From an uncultured Verrucomicrobiae bacterium (GTDB lineage: Bacteria; Verrucomicrobiota; Verrucomicrobiia; Chthoniobacterales; JAFAMB01): a stretch of DNA of 64,000 nucleotides. Numbering within the stretch: position 1 is the stretch's first letter; the number at the start of each line of letters is the position of its first letter. Below, piece after piece: positions 42,661 to 52,265 of this stretch. Position numbers and translations under genes: made by a program. Under the pieces are notes generated by a model. That model worked only from the letters and a program-made list of their open reading frames with translations, did no database searches and was not told where the DNA came from. The DNA is taken from positions 89,412 to 153,411 of the forward strand of contig CAWAIK010000004.1 of assembly GCA_963782115.1 (NCBI GenBank), given 5' to 3'.

Positions 42661-43134
42661 ATGCCCGGACAACACGTGATTTCCGGATTTCCCTCCAAAC
42701 TAACGCAACTACTTTTCCTGACGGATCTTCGGGCGGAGTCAAGGCCAGCTGTCGAGTTTGCGATCGAACTGACCAGGCTTTTCACCGCTCGGCTGATATT
42801 GATGCACGGGAAACCTCTGCAATCCGGTCCTACTTTTTGGAGGGACGGTCTACCAACCTCGCTTGACTCTGATTCGGCAAGACCGGCGCTGCTTTGCTTG
42901 ATGTGGGAGGTGCGGCAACGTGGCCTGGATGTGGGCTTGTGCACCGAGGTTGGCCAGGCGCCAGAGCAGATATGGCGGACCGCGACCGAGCGCAACGTAG
43001 ATCTTATCGTGCTGCCGGAAAGTCTTTTCGGCTCATTCCTTCCAATGGCGAGCCGGAGCGATACCTTTGAAACCGTCCAAGGTGCGCCCTGCCCACTCCT
43101 AGTCGTCGAGCACCACACGGTTCCCCCGACTTAA
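42661..43134 (+). CDS. Universal stress protein (Usp)-like
   Basis: LLFLTDL..S..A..FA..L, A.LILMH, I...A...NVDLIVL, APCPLLVV; start uncertain. Confidence 0.75.
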   Translation: MPGQHVISGFPSKLTQLLFLTDLRAESRPAVEFAIELTRLFTARLILMHGKPLQSGPTFWRDGLPTSLDSDSARPALLCLMWEVRQRGLDVGLCTEVGQAPEQIWRTATERNVDLIVLPESLFGSFLPMASRSDTFETVQGAPCPLLVVEHHTVPPT

Positions 43135-43189
43135 TCGTCAGTTTCTACCCTTGTTGAAACTGGTCGAAAAACATAAGGCAGGAAATCGG

Positions 43190-43530
43190 GTGAGATACCT
43201 TCACCGGTATCAATGACTCTGACTTCCACGTGTGAGTTGACGCGTTCAAAGCAGCACCTGGACCTTTCCGTCCTTGGGAGTGAACTTGATGGCGTTGTTA
43301 AGGAGGTTCAAGAAAACCTGCTGCAGGCGATCCGAATCGCCGGAGATCCGCCCGGTAAAGGGATCCATCACGACCTGCAGACGAACGCCTTTCGCCTCCG
43401 CCGGTGGAGCGTAGCGTCTCGATTGACTCGTTCAGGGCAGCGGATAGACCGATCCGCTGCAGGTCCAGGCGAATCTTACCCGAGATGCGGCCGTCCGTAG
43501 CGCGGTGCAAGAGGGCGTCCAACACTTGAG
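43190..43530 (-). pseudogene. Histidine kinase HATPase remnant
   Basis: RISGKIRLDL and [28 protein letters not shown] in broken frames. Confidence 0.7.
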
Positions 43531-43737
43531 GAGGCTCTGGTGGTGAGTCTCCGAATAGCCACGTGGAGTTTGGTCGCTGCGGCGGTGGGCGCTGGCCGCC
43601 TTTTTATGCGCTAGTTTTGGGGCATCTGGTTCACTAATAGCTGCAACCTGTTTTGCCTTGCCTTATAGAAGAGCTTGAAGCGGTCAGGCTGCAGACCCAT
43701 GCCGAGCCCTCACCGTCACTGGCCCACCCGATTACCG

Positions 43738-46068
43738 ATGACTGTCCTCATCGTCTATGGCGATGACGGTTTGCTCCGACGCATTGCGAGGTCCCTTTCG
43801 GGTCTTTCTTGCGTCACGGCCACCACGGGGGAAGCCGCACTGGCCGGGCTTGGCGAGGGCGTCCCGGACTTGATGCTCGTCGACCTGAACTTGCCCGACA
43901 TGTCGGCTCAGGAGCTTATCACTCGGCAGCAGAACGCTGGCGAGCTAGTACCGTTTATTATTCTGACCGATGACGACGACCAACGTGGTGCCGTTGAGAT
44001 AAGGAACTGGGGCGCGCTCGGCTGCTTGGTCAAGGATGCGCACTGGCTCGAGCGATTGCCGTTGCTCATCCGGGAAGCGTTGCACCGACTTGAGCACCAC
44101 AAGCCGGTTTCCCGAACCGGGAAGGCACCGCATTCCAGCGTGCAGCGGCTCCGACCCAAAACGCGGCTCACCCGAGCGGAAGAGGCGCTTCGCGAAAGCG
44201 AAGCGCGGTTTCACGCACTGGCCGACCTGGTTCCCGACCTTGTCTGGATGGCCAACCCGGAAGGCCGCGCAGAGTGGTACAACCAGCGCTGGATCGAATA
44301 TACCGGCCAAAGCTTGGAGGAGGCCAAAGGCTCTAGTTGGATGTCTGCCATCCATCCTACGGATCTGGAGCGCACGCAGTCAGCTTGGCGACGCAGTACC
44401 AAAAGCGGCGAGCCGCTCCGGATCGAGCACCGCATTCGTGGCGTGGACGGGCCCCACCGCTGGTTCCTGGTCCAAGCACGCCCCTTGCGCGATACGGGTG
44501 GCCGTATCGTGCGGTGGTTTGGGACGGCCACCGACATTGACGACCTCAAACGGGCCGAAGTGGAGCTGCACCAACGCGAGGAGCGGTTTCGTTTGCTGAT
44601 CGAAAACGCGTCTGATCTCATCACGGTAATCAATGCCGAAGGCGTGATCCGCTTCCAGAGCCCTTCGGTCGAGCGCGTGCTGGGTTATCGGCCGGCCGAC
44701 CTTTTAAACCGAAGCGCCTTCGACTTCGTGCACCCGGAAGACGCCCCCCGCGCGCGCGACTCGCTCCAGCGCGCGCTGTCCGCTCGGCCGGCGAAAAGGT
44801 CGATTGAATACCGCTTTCGCCACCGAAACGGCGCTTGGTTGGTCCTGCAGTCCATCGGCCGCAAGATGCCCGGGGAGGGCGACCGGGAGTCACTGGTGAT
44901 CAATTCGCGCGACGTCACGGGTCAGAAGCAACTGGAAGCTCAGCTGCGCCAAGCGCAAAAGATGGAGGCGATTGGCCAGCTCGCCGGTGGGGTGGCTCAC
45001 GATTTTAACAACCTACTCTCGGTGATCTTTGGCCATAGCGCTTTCCTAGCGCGGGCGCTGGCCTTGGAGGATTCGTTGAGTGAATCGCTCGCCGAAATCA
45101 ACCGGGCCGCCGAACGGGGCGCTGCCTTGACGGGCCAGCTTTTGGCCTTCAGCCGACAACAAATCCTCGCGCCCAAGGTCTTAGACCTTAACGCCGTGGT
45201 GGGCGATACGGACAACATGCTGCGGCGGCTCATCGGCGAGGATGTGCGCTTGGTGACGGTCTTAGCGCCCCACCTTAGGCCGGTAAGGGCCGATCCCGGC
45301 AAGATTACCCAAGTCATCATGAACCTGGCCCTGAATGCCCGCGATGCCATGCCGAAAGGCGGCACCCTGACCCTAGAAACGCGCGACGTCGAACTGGCTG
45401 CGTCCGACGCGGAGGCCCAATGCGGCCGCTATGCGCTGGTAGCCGTCACGGACACTGGCAGAGGGATGACACAGGAAGTGCAGGCACACCTGTTCGAGCC
45501 CTTCTTCACCACCAAGGGTGAGGGTAAAGGCACCGGGCTTGGCTTGGCCGTCGTGCACGGCATCGTCACCCAAAGCGGGGGCCACCTCGACGTTCAGAGC
45601 GCACCCGGCGTTGGCACGACGTTCAACGTCTACTTACCGGTGGTGCAAGGGCCAGTGGAAAAACCGGTAGAAACCGTTTCCGCGCAGCCGTTTCAAGGCG
45701 GCGAAACGATTCTGTTGGCAGAAGATGAGGAGGCCGTTCGGCAAATCACTGCCCGGCTCTTGGAATCCTTTGGCTACCGGGTGCTGAAAGCCGCAAGCGG
45801 CGAGGAGGCGTTGCGCTTGGCGGAAGGCAGCACGGATAAGATTGACCTTCTGATGGCCGACGTGGTCATGCCGGGCATGAGTGGGCGTGAACTGGCCGAT
45901 GCCCTTCGGGCCCGTGACCCGGATTTAAAGTTGCTCTTCCAGAGCGGTTATATCGACGATGCGGTAGTGCGTCACGGCATTGTACAAGCCGAAGTGGCCT
46001 TCCTGCAAAAGCCGTTCACGCCGGAGGCCCTGGCCAGAAAGGTTCGCGAAGTTTTTGATCGCCCGTAA
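43738..46068 (+). CDS. Hybrid histidine kinase REC-PAS-PAS-HisKA-HATPase-REC
   Basis: IHPTD and VHPED PAS motifs, AHDFNNLL, NARDAM, FFTTK, GTGLGL, DVVMP. Confidence 0.93.
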   Translation: MTVLIVYGDDGLLRRIARSLSGLSCVTATTGEAALAGLGEGVPDLMLVDLNLPDMSAQELITRQQNAGELVPFIILTDDDDQRGAVEIRNWGALGCLVKDAHWLERLPLLIREALHRLEHHKPVSRTGKAPHSSVQRLRPKTRLTRAEEALRESEARFHALADLVPDLVWMANPEGRAEWYNQRWIEYTGQSLEEAKGSSWMSAIHPTDLERTQSAWRRSTKSGEPLRIEHRIRGVDGPHRWFLVQARPLRDTGGRIVRWFGTATDIDDLKRAEVELHQREERFRLLIENASDLITVINAEGVIRFQSPSVERVLGYRPADLLNRSAFDFVHPEDAPRARDSLQRALSARPAKRSIEYRFRHRNGAWLVLQSIGRKMPGEGDRESLVINSRDVTGQKQLEAQLRQAQKMEAIGQLAGGVAHDFNNLLSVIFGHSAFLARALALEDSLSESLAEINRAAERGAALTGQLLAFSRQQILAPKVLDLNAVVGDTDNMLRRLIGEDVRLVTVLAPHLRPVRADPGKITQVIMNLALNARDAMPKGGTLTLETRDVELAASDAEAQCGRYALVAVTDTGRGMTQEVQAHLFEPFFTTKGEGKGTGLGLAVVHGIVTQSGGHLDVQSAPGVGTTFNVYLPVVQGPVEKPVETVSAQPFQGGETILLAEDEEAVRQITARLLESFGYRVLKAASGEEALRLAEGSTDKIDLLMADVVMPGMSGRELADALRARDPDLKLLFQSGYIDDAVVRHGIVQAEVAFLQKPFTPEALARKVREVFDRP

Positions 46069-46292
46069 AGCGGACGCACCCGTCGTTCTCACACCCGCGG
46101 CGGGCAGGTCCTTTCTTGCCAGGAGCGTCGAGAGAATCGGCCATATGGTACGTCAGACGAATACAGTGGCCGATCTTAGATCATCGCATTTCTCTGAGGG
46201 GCTACCGCTAGCCGGTAGTAGCATTGCCCTAGAAACCGCCAAAACTTCACAAAAGCCGACCTCCTGTCTTGGAAAGGCTAGAGGCGCAAAAC

Positions 46293-47285
46293 TCAAATCT
46301 TCTGTTTCTCCCCGATCTGCACTCTCTCGATCTCTTCAAGGGTCAGCTGGTCCCCGGATCGATCATAAATCCTGGTGGTCGACGGACTGGTATGACCGGC
46401 GATCCGCTGCGCGATCTCAATTGTGCCGCCCGAATTCATGTATTCGGTGACGCCCGTCGCACGGAAGCTGTGACAACAAACTCGTTTCAGGATCCCGCTA
46501 GTCTTCGCCCGTTTCTCAACCAGCTTCAAGACACTCCGACGATCCAGGCGCCTCCAGTTCAATGTTTCACGATCCTTGCCGAAGGAAGGAAAAAGTGGAG
46601 CATTCGGATTTGAAGCTAGGTACGAGCGTTCAAGCCAAAGATCGACCGCTTCTTTAGCCTTTGAGTGCACCGGTACCTCGTGGTCTTTCCCACGTTTTTC
46701 TTGGAACCGTAACCAGCGCGTGCCGCCACGTTCGTAGTAGTCGGCAACACTCAGGTTGATGAGGGCGGACACCCGGCACCAGGAATAGAGCAGAACACAG
46801 AAGATCGCCTTATCCCGAATGTCTTTTAACGAATTGGGGCTTATCGAGTCTAAGAACGCGACGATTTCGGCCTCTTCAAAAACCGGAGTATGGGAGGATT
46901 CTCGAACCAGCCTCGGCGGCTTGGCGCGGGCGGCTGGATTGTACTCAACTACCCCTCGCATCATCAGCGAATCGAAGAGCAACCGGACTGCCGCCAAGTG
47001 TTGTCTCTGCGTCGACCTGCTTCCCGGATGCTGATCCAACCATGACCCCACGTGATAGGCCTTTACGCGTCCGAGTTCGAGCTGACGTGCTGAACAAAAA
47101 GCCAAGAATGAGCGCCAGGCCACCCGATAAGCGCTTCGCGTGTTGGGATTGCGCACACGCGCTCCCAAGAGCTCAAGGAAGGTCTCCGCCGTTTTGGCTT
47201 GGGTCGATTCTGAAGTGTCCGCAACGAGATCAAAGGGAGCCAGAAGTATCCTTTGCACCTCTGTCTGCGAATCCTCTTGTATCAT
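46293..47285 (-). CDS. Tyrosine recombinase (probable plasmid resolvase)
   Basis: SWCRVSA, EKRGK, HSFRATG, AGH...TTRIY: full catalytic set. Confidence 0.93.
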   Translation of the reverse strand: MIQEDSQTEVQRILLAPFDLVADTSESTQAKTAETFLELLGARVRNPNTRSAYRVAWRSFLAFCSARQLELGRVKAYHVGSWLDQHPGSRSTQRQHLAAVRLLFDSLMMRGVVEYNPAARAKPPRLVRESSHTPVFEEAEIVAFLDSISPNSLKDIRDKAIFCVLLYSWCRVSALINLSVADYYERGGTRWLRFQEKRGKDHEVPVHSKAKEAVDLWLERSYLASNPNAPLFPSFGKDRETLNWRRLDRRSVLKLVEKRAKTSGILKRVCCHSFRATGVTEYMNSGGTIEIAQRIAGHTSPSTTRIYDRSGDQLTLEEIERVQIGEKQKI

Positions 47286-47458
47286 ACGCGTCCGCGCCCT
47301 GGACTACCCGATACCGCTTCAAAGTGGAGACTTCATTTTAGGCTTGGATTATTCAAAGTGATGTTTTTACGTGATAAAGACTGGCCGCAAGTTGTAAAGA
47401 CAAACCATTTCCCCCCAATCACTATTTTGACTCTTGCGGACCAGCGAGAGAGCAGCGT

Positions 47459-48205
47459 GTGAGCGCGCAAACCAAGCCTATCAGCCAAGTCGTTAAAGAT
47501 TTCGAACAATCTCTCCAAAACCTACGGCCTTCCACAAGACGGGTCTACATGGCGGGCGCCAGAGCGGCCATCAGAGCCGCTAGCTTGGAGCTCTGGCAGA
47601 GCCCTTCTGCTACCGATCTGTTGGCATCGATCGAAAAATTTCCCACCGAAAAGAGGATCTCGCCATTCTTGGCCTTTTTAGGCGGCGGAGAGCCCAAACA
47701 ATCGGTATCTGATCAGGATTCAGCGGCTCTGCAGAACTGGGTAATTCAAAGACTCGCAAAGCAGATGCGCTTCGTCAAAAACCCCTCCATCGCAACCCGG
47801 CGAGACTCGGGGCTGATCGCCGCACTATGCGCCGCGCCTGCTCGAGGAACTCCTCGAAAATGGCCCAAAAACTGCCTCAAAATCACGGAAACCGAAGTGC
47901 TTCTATGGGACGCGACAATCGAGGAACCTTGCTTCGCTATCTCCCTGCGCTTCTGGCACGCCTGGCGAGAACGGCTGACCCGCCCAGACCAACGGCGGCT
48001 CTACCGCAAATCTCTCAAGTGGAGCAACTCAAACCTTCTTTTCCCCGGGCCCAACGGGGCTCCCCTGGGTCGGGCAGCCCTGCACAATGCTCTGCGGCGA
48101 CTCATCGTGGGAGGAGAGCGCAGCAGCATCGGGCCCATCACTCCGGAAAAGATCAGAGCCGCTTTCCTCCGAAGGGATCCTCTTAAGGGAGGGATCCGGC
48201 TTTAA
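47459..48205 (+). CDS. Divergent tyrosine-recombinase-like protein lacking the catalytic C-terminus
   Basis: LRPSTRRVY, RRDSGLIAAL, LLFPGPNGAPL, ITPEKIRAAF; no HxxR, no LGH...Y. Confidence 0.6.
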   Translation: MSAQTKPISQVVKDFEQSLQNLRPSTRRVYMAGARAAIRAASLELWQSPSATDLLASIEKFPTEKRISPFLAFLGGGEPKQSVSDQDSAALQNWVIQRLAKQMRFVKNPSIATRRDSGLIAALCAAPARGTPRKWPKNCLKITETEVLLWDATIEEPCFAISLRFWHAWRERLTRPDQRRLYRKSLKWSNSNLLFPGPNGAPLGRAALHNALRRLIVGGERSSIGPITPEKIRAAFLRRDPLKGGIRL

Positions 48206-48943
48206 GGCTAAAGGGCTCCCCCCGAGCGTTCCACGCCGCTCTAATTCGCGTTTAAACCGCCGGGCGCCCAGCTTGCTGGTTCTCTCAAAGAAAGGATCCA
48301 GTTTCGCTATTCCCCGAATTTCTTTCTGTGAGTCGAACCACTCCTCGAGCTCTTTGAGCGCCGGGATGTCGGTGTGAGATCGCAAGCCCAGAGCGAGCAA
48401 AGCCGATGGCGTCGGCCGCCAAAAATTAAACTCCCTGGACGGGTCGCAGTAGATCAGCCCCTGACTCAAGAGATCGTCCAGGATGGAAGAGGCCTCCAGC
48501 CCGAGGATCTCCCCCACCCTTGACTTGGAGACCCCTCCTTTCTGGCGGTATCCGATGACGACCAGGAGCACGGCCTTATGCTCCTCTGAAAGGATCTTGG
48601 CCTTTTTGAGAGGGAGCCGTCTGACGCCGGAAAGAAGCTCTAAGAGCTCTGATTTGGGCGCCAGGATCCATTCGGTTCCTCGTTCGAGCAGGCGCCACGG
48701 CGCCCAGCTCGAGAGTTCAAGCTCGAGCCCGAGTTCGGCGAGCGCGGCCGTCACGCTGGCGCGGGTGGCGCAAACGCCCAGATTTTTAAACCGCTCTACC
48801 AACTCCGCAATAGTCCAACAGCGGGACTCTCCCCCGGAGAGGCAAGCCATGACTGCTTCCCTCAAGTCGACGTTAAGGGCTTGGATTTCAACGAGTTCTT
48901 CCAGGGGATGGCCGACTTCTCTGGTTCCAAAAGTGTCGCTCAC
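48029..48943 (-). CDS. scpB: Orphan ScpB-like (SMC-Scp subunit) winged-helix protein
   Basis: LSEEHKAVLLVVIGYRQ..VSKSRVGEILG..L..LLSQGLI..PT..L..LGLRS..DIP parallels the ScpB C-terminal wHTH. Confidence 0.75.
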   Translation of the reverse strand: MSDTFGTREVGHPLEELVEIQALNVDLREAVMACLSGGESRCWTIAELVERFKNLGVCATRASVTAALAELGLELELSSWAPWRLLERGTEWILAPKSELLELLSGVRRLPLKKAKILSEEHKAVLLVVIGYRQKGGVSKSRVGEILGLEASSILDDLLSQGLIYCDPSREFNFWRPTPSALLALGLRSHTDIPALKELEEWFDSQKEIRGIAKLDPFFERTSKLGARRFKRELERRGTLGGSPLALKPDPSLKRIPSEESGSDLFRSDGPDAAALSSHDESPQSIVQGCPTQGSPVGPGEKKV

Positions 48944-49187
48944 GCTAGCGTACCTTGATATCTCTCTTTCGAAAAATTTACAAAATTAAAACGCTGTAAC
49001 ATTGCCTTTTCTGGCGTGAAACGGGCAGGGCTCATAATAGGAATTATGAGCCCTGTGTGGTTCAAAGAGGAGTACAACGATTCCCAGAATGCGGTCTCTT
49101 TGCGTACGGTTCTGAATCAAAAATGTGCCCGCCAACCAGCCGGCCCACCAACTTGCCGTGCTAATATCCCTAGAATACACTTGCCCC

Positions 49188-49727
49188 ATGCCGCTGACGA
49201 TCCAACTGCACCCCTCCGAAAACCAGACTGCGTTCAACCTCAAACGTTGGCGGCAGTTGCTGGCGGATCCGGAGCTAGCCCGCTTGCCATTTCGGGTCGA
49301 GACAGACCGTCACGGACACATCCTCATGAGTCCTCCGCCAGCACCAGCACATGGCAAAAAGCAAAACAGGATTGGAACCCTTTTGGAACAATTATTACCA
49401 AATGGGCACGTGGTGACCGAGTGCCCGGTCTCAACCCCTGACGGCGTTAAAGCCATCGACGTCGCATGGCTCGCACCGGAACGCGGCCAGGAGGCAGATA
49501 CCGAGACCTGCCTTATCCGGGCGCCGGAGATTTGCGTCGAGATACTCTCTCCTTCCAACACCGCTGGTGAAATCGACGAAAAGATCGCCCTCTACTTTGA
49601 GGCAGGGGCACGTGAGGTTTGGATCTGCGAGCAAGACGGAACCCTCAAGTTCCACTTCTCCAGCCCGCCAGAGATCCGCGAATCGTCCGAGCTTTGCCCG
49701 CAATTTCCGCCACTCACCAGCTGTTGA
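49188..49727 (+). CDS. Uma2 (DUF820) family endonuclease-like protein
   Basis: MSPPP..H, DVAW, APEICVEILSPSN, YFEAGAREVW. Confidence 0.9.
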   Translation: MPLTIQLHPSENQTAFNLKRWRQLLADPELARLPFRVETDRHGHILMSPPPAPAHGKKQNRIGTLLEQLLPNGHVVTECPVSTPDGVKAIDVAWLAPERGQEADTETCLIRAPEICVEILSPSNTAGEIDEKIALYFEAGAREVWICEQDGTLKFHFSSPPEIRESSELCPQFPPLTSC

Positions 49728-50100
49728 ACGCAAATTGGAACTCAACCGGGTGTCTTTGTAGGATTTTTAACCAGAATGCGCTCTCAGTAGAGCGAGTTGG
49801 AAGAACCAAACCAGCCTCCTTCAGCTTTCCAGTTAGGCCAATTGCCTCGCAGGCAACCGGGAGAATTGTTGACCTTTGCGCTGTGGACCGCCAGTTTTGA
49901 CTGTTGCCTGTTTCAAAAAATTGGCGGATACAACACCAGGAATGTGAACGAGTTATACACATTGAGTGAACGGCCACCACAGCCAGTTTCCTTGAGAGCT
50001 TCTCGGTCGCGGGAAAATCCACGGGGGGGGTTGAACGCCCAGCTCGCGACTAAGGCACCCTTTAAACTCGAGACGTTGCACGTGGCGTACTCCATATCTC

Positions 50101-50164
50101 CTGATTATCTGATTATCTTTTACTATGATCGTCAGATTATCTTTATATCTGTACATCTTGTTGC
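50101..50164. repeat. 8-bp phased repeat array upstream of parA (candidate centromere/operator)
   Basis: ctgattat ctgattat cttttact atgatcgt cagattat ctttatat ctgtacat cttgttgc. Confidence 0.7.
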
Positions 50165-50342
50165 CGCTTACACTGACTGTCCGCGTATACGGATATCTGG
50201 TGTCCTGTGTATCTGTTAATATGGTTGTCACTAAATATGGAAGCCAGACAACCTTGATTTCTTACATACTGTTATTCCGATTATCCGCTTTTCGGATTGC
50301 CGGACTTGCGCTTTCACTGCAATTGCGATATTGGAATGATTC

Positions 50343-51008
50343 ATGATTTCGGTAGCAGTTGTGAATCGCAAAGGTGGTCCAGGAAAAACGACCGTGGCTA
50401 TCCTTGCGGCTATCGGATTACGTGAGAACGGCGCGCGAGTGGGTGCAATCGATGCGGATCACGAGCAAGGGTCTTTAACCAATTCTCTCTTTGGAAGTGA
50501 AATTGAGGTTAACCCGTCAAATTTAGAAGCCCTTGATTTTCTCGTGGTCGATACACCACCGCATTTCAACGACAAATGGGACCAGGCTGTAAAGCTAGCC
50601 GATATCATCGTTCTGGTCACCACTCCATCTCCGCCGGAACTAGTGGAAACGGAAACGACCTACGTCCGGTTGAAGGAGCTCGGATGCGCCGAGAAAACAG
50701 TTGTTCTATTTAATAAGTTCCGCGCACACACAAGGAGTGGCCGCAAGGATCTCGACGAGCGAACCAGGCAGGTAACCGGCAACTCGTCCATTCGCTTCGA
50801 TTTTGTCGTCCCTTTTCGGGAATTCTTCTCGGCTCTTCACGCCGTCCCATGGCAGGGCAACGGCGAAGAGAAAATCCCACTGTTAAAACTCCTAAACCGC
50901 GTCCTTGGTCGAGATGGCAGGGATGCCTATTACGCGGCTATTCAACTCGCTGGTGGAATCACTCAACATTACCTGAGGATCTATGGCAAACAGGGGAGAG
51001 CCGGATGA
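50343..51008 (+). CDS. parA: ParA family partition ATPase (short, type Ib)
   Basis: NRKGGPGKTT, IDAD..QGS, VVDTPP; no N-terminal HTH. Confidence 0.92.
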   Translation: MISVAVVNRKGGPGKTTVAILAAIGLRENGARVGAIDADHEQGSLTNSLFGSEIEVNPSNLEALDFLVVDTPPHFNDKWDQAVKLADIIVLVTTPSPPELVETETTYVRLKELGCAEKTVVLFNKFRAHTRSGRKDLDERTRQVTGNSSIRFDFVVPFREFFSALHAVPWQGNGEEKIPLLKLLNRVLGRDGRDAYYAAIQLAGGITQHYLRIYGKQGRAG

Positions 51009-51013
51009 AAAAG

Positions 51014-51053
51014 GTGATTCTCTGATTTACTGATTATCTGATTATCTGATTTA
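51014..51053. repeat. Five tandem 8-bp repeats between parA and its partner gene
   Basis: gtgattct ctgattta ctgattat ctgattat ctgattta. Confidence 0.8.
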
Positions 51054-51499
51054 TGAGAAGATCCGCGATTGACCCAGCAGATCTAGCCCTGGAACGTGCC
51101 AGGCAGCTTAAGGCGGTACAGCTTTCACAGAGCGGGGGTGAGCCACCGGTGCCCGCCTCAACTCCTGAGGAGGTTCTTTCGAAGCCTGAATCTGTTTCGG
51201 TGGACGAACCTCCCAACGAAGCAACAACCGCGACCAAACCTGAAAAGCTCCCTCCCAGGAAAAAACCGACTTACGAACCTAAGGGAGAAAAGCGATGGAA
51301 GACGTCCGTGCAACTCTCGAAGCGGCACGAGAAGATCGTGAACGAAGTTGTGATGCACTACCGGATGCAAGGACTTCGGCCGGTATCGGTCAACACTATC
51401 ATCTTGGCAGCGCTAGAGGTCTTAAAGCGTACACCCGAGCTTGACAAAGTTGTCCACGCGATCGTAGCCGCCGACAAACGGGTCACTAGATTAAGTTAA
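51053..51499 (+). CDS. Probable centromere-binding protein (ParG-like, flexible N-terminus plus RHH-like C-terminus)
   Basis: Directly after parA; Pro/Glu-rich linker, then KTSVQLS..SVNTIILAALE. Confidence 0.65.
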   Translation: MRRSAIDPADLALERARQLKAVQLSQSGGEPPVPASTPEEVLSKPESVSVDEPPNEATTATKPEKLPPRKKPTYEPKGEKRWKTSVQLSKRHEKIVNEVVMHYRMQGLRPVSVNTIILAALEVLKRTPELDKVVHAIVAADKRVTRLS

Positions 51500-51847
51500 A
51501 CGAGAGAAGCGGTCCACAAGAGATAATGGACTTGCGTCCATTGCCTCAATCCCACGATCTGTTTGTTCTTTTGTGAAATTGCAAAACCCGGCTCGAATTG
51601 ATGTCAAAAGAGAACAATGGCATTTCAGTCGATTAAGCGCAGAAGCGTTTCTGCTCAGATCAATCGGATTCTATTAGGTCTTATCGCAGCTCGCCAGATT
51701 TAAGCTGGTTTAAAAATTCGACGATCCCTACTCAGGGAATCTTTTATTAAACCAAAAGAAAACGACGACGTTGAAGATCTCGTTGATCCTCTTCTTCATT
51801 CTTTCTTAGATTTCTCTTATATTCTTCTGCGGCTGTGCAGCCCCACC

Positions 51848-52196
51848 AAAGGTCACCTTTTTCCGGGTAATTTTAAACACCGTCATGTAAACGCCTAAGT
51901 ATCCTAGCTATAGATCTTTAGATGATGGTAACAGAGACACAAGGTCACCTTTTTCCGGGTAATCTCGATAAACCTGATCAGCGCAGTCAAAAGCCACCTT
52001 TTTCCGGGTCAAAAGCCACCTTTTTCCGGGTTCAGCTATCCCTAAAGTCACCTTTCTCCCTGTTCACCGGTCACTTTTTTCCGGGTTAAGGCCTAACAAA
52101 AGTCACGTTTATCCTGGTTGTGGCTTGTCCAAATAAGACCAAAGGTCACTTTTTTCCGGGTAAGCTTGGCCGGACAAAGCCACCTTTTTCCGGGTT
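51848..52196 (+). repeat. Replication origin iterons (~9 copies of a ~21-bp repeat)
   Basis: Consensus aaaggtcacctttttccgggt / aaaagccacctttttccgggt at ~51848, 51940, 51989, 52011, 52043, 52066, 52098, 52141, 52175; AT-rich region upstream. Confidence 0.92.
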
Positions 52197-52232
52197 AGCC
52201 TAAAGCACTCCCCTGAATGGGCAACGGTCGAT

Positions 52233-52263
52233 AAAGTCACCAGATGTTGACATAAGTGACCTT
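52233..52263. promoter_or_regulatory. Inverted half-iteron operator around a TTGACA (rep autoregulation)
   Basis: aaagtcac (52233-52240) and gtgacctt (52256-52263) flank ttgaca (52247-52252). Confidence 0.65.
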
Positions 52264-52265
52264 GT

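Noticed and set aside
51848..52196. Repeat array as a possible CRISPR
   Set aside because: Spacers are short and irregular, no cas genes are present, and the array adjoins rep: these are iterons
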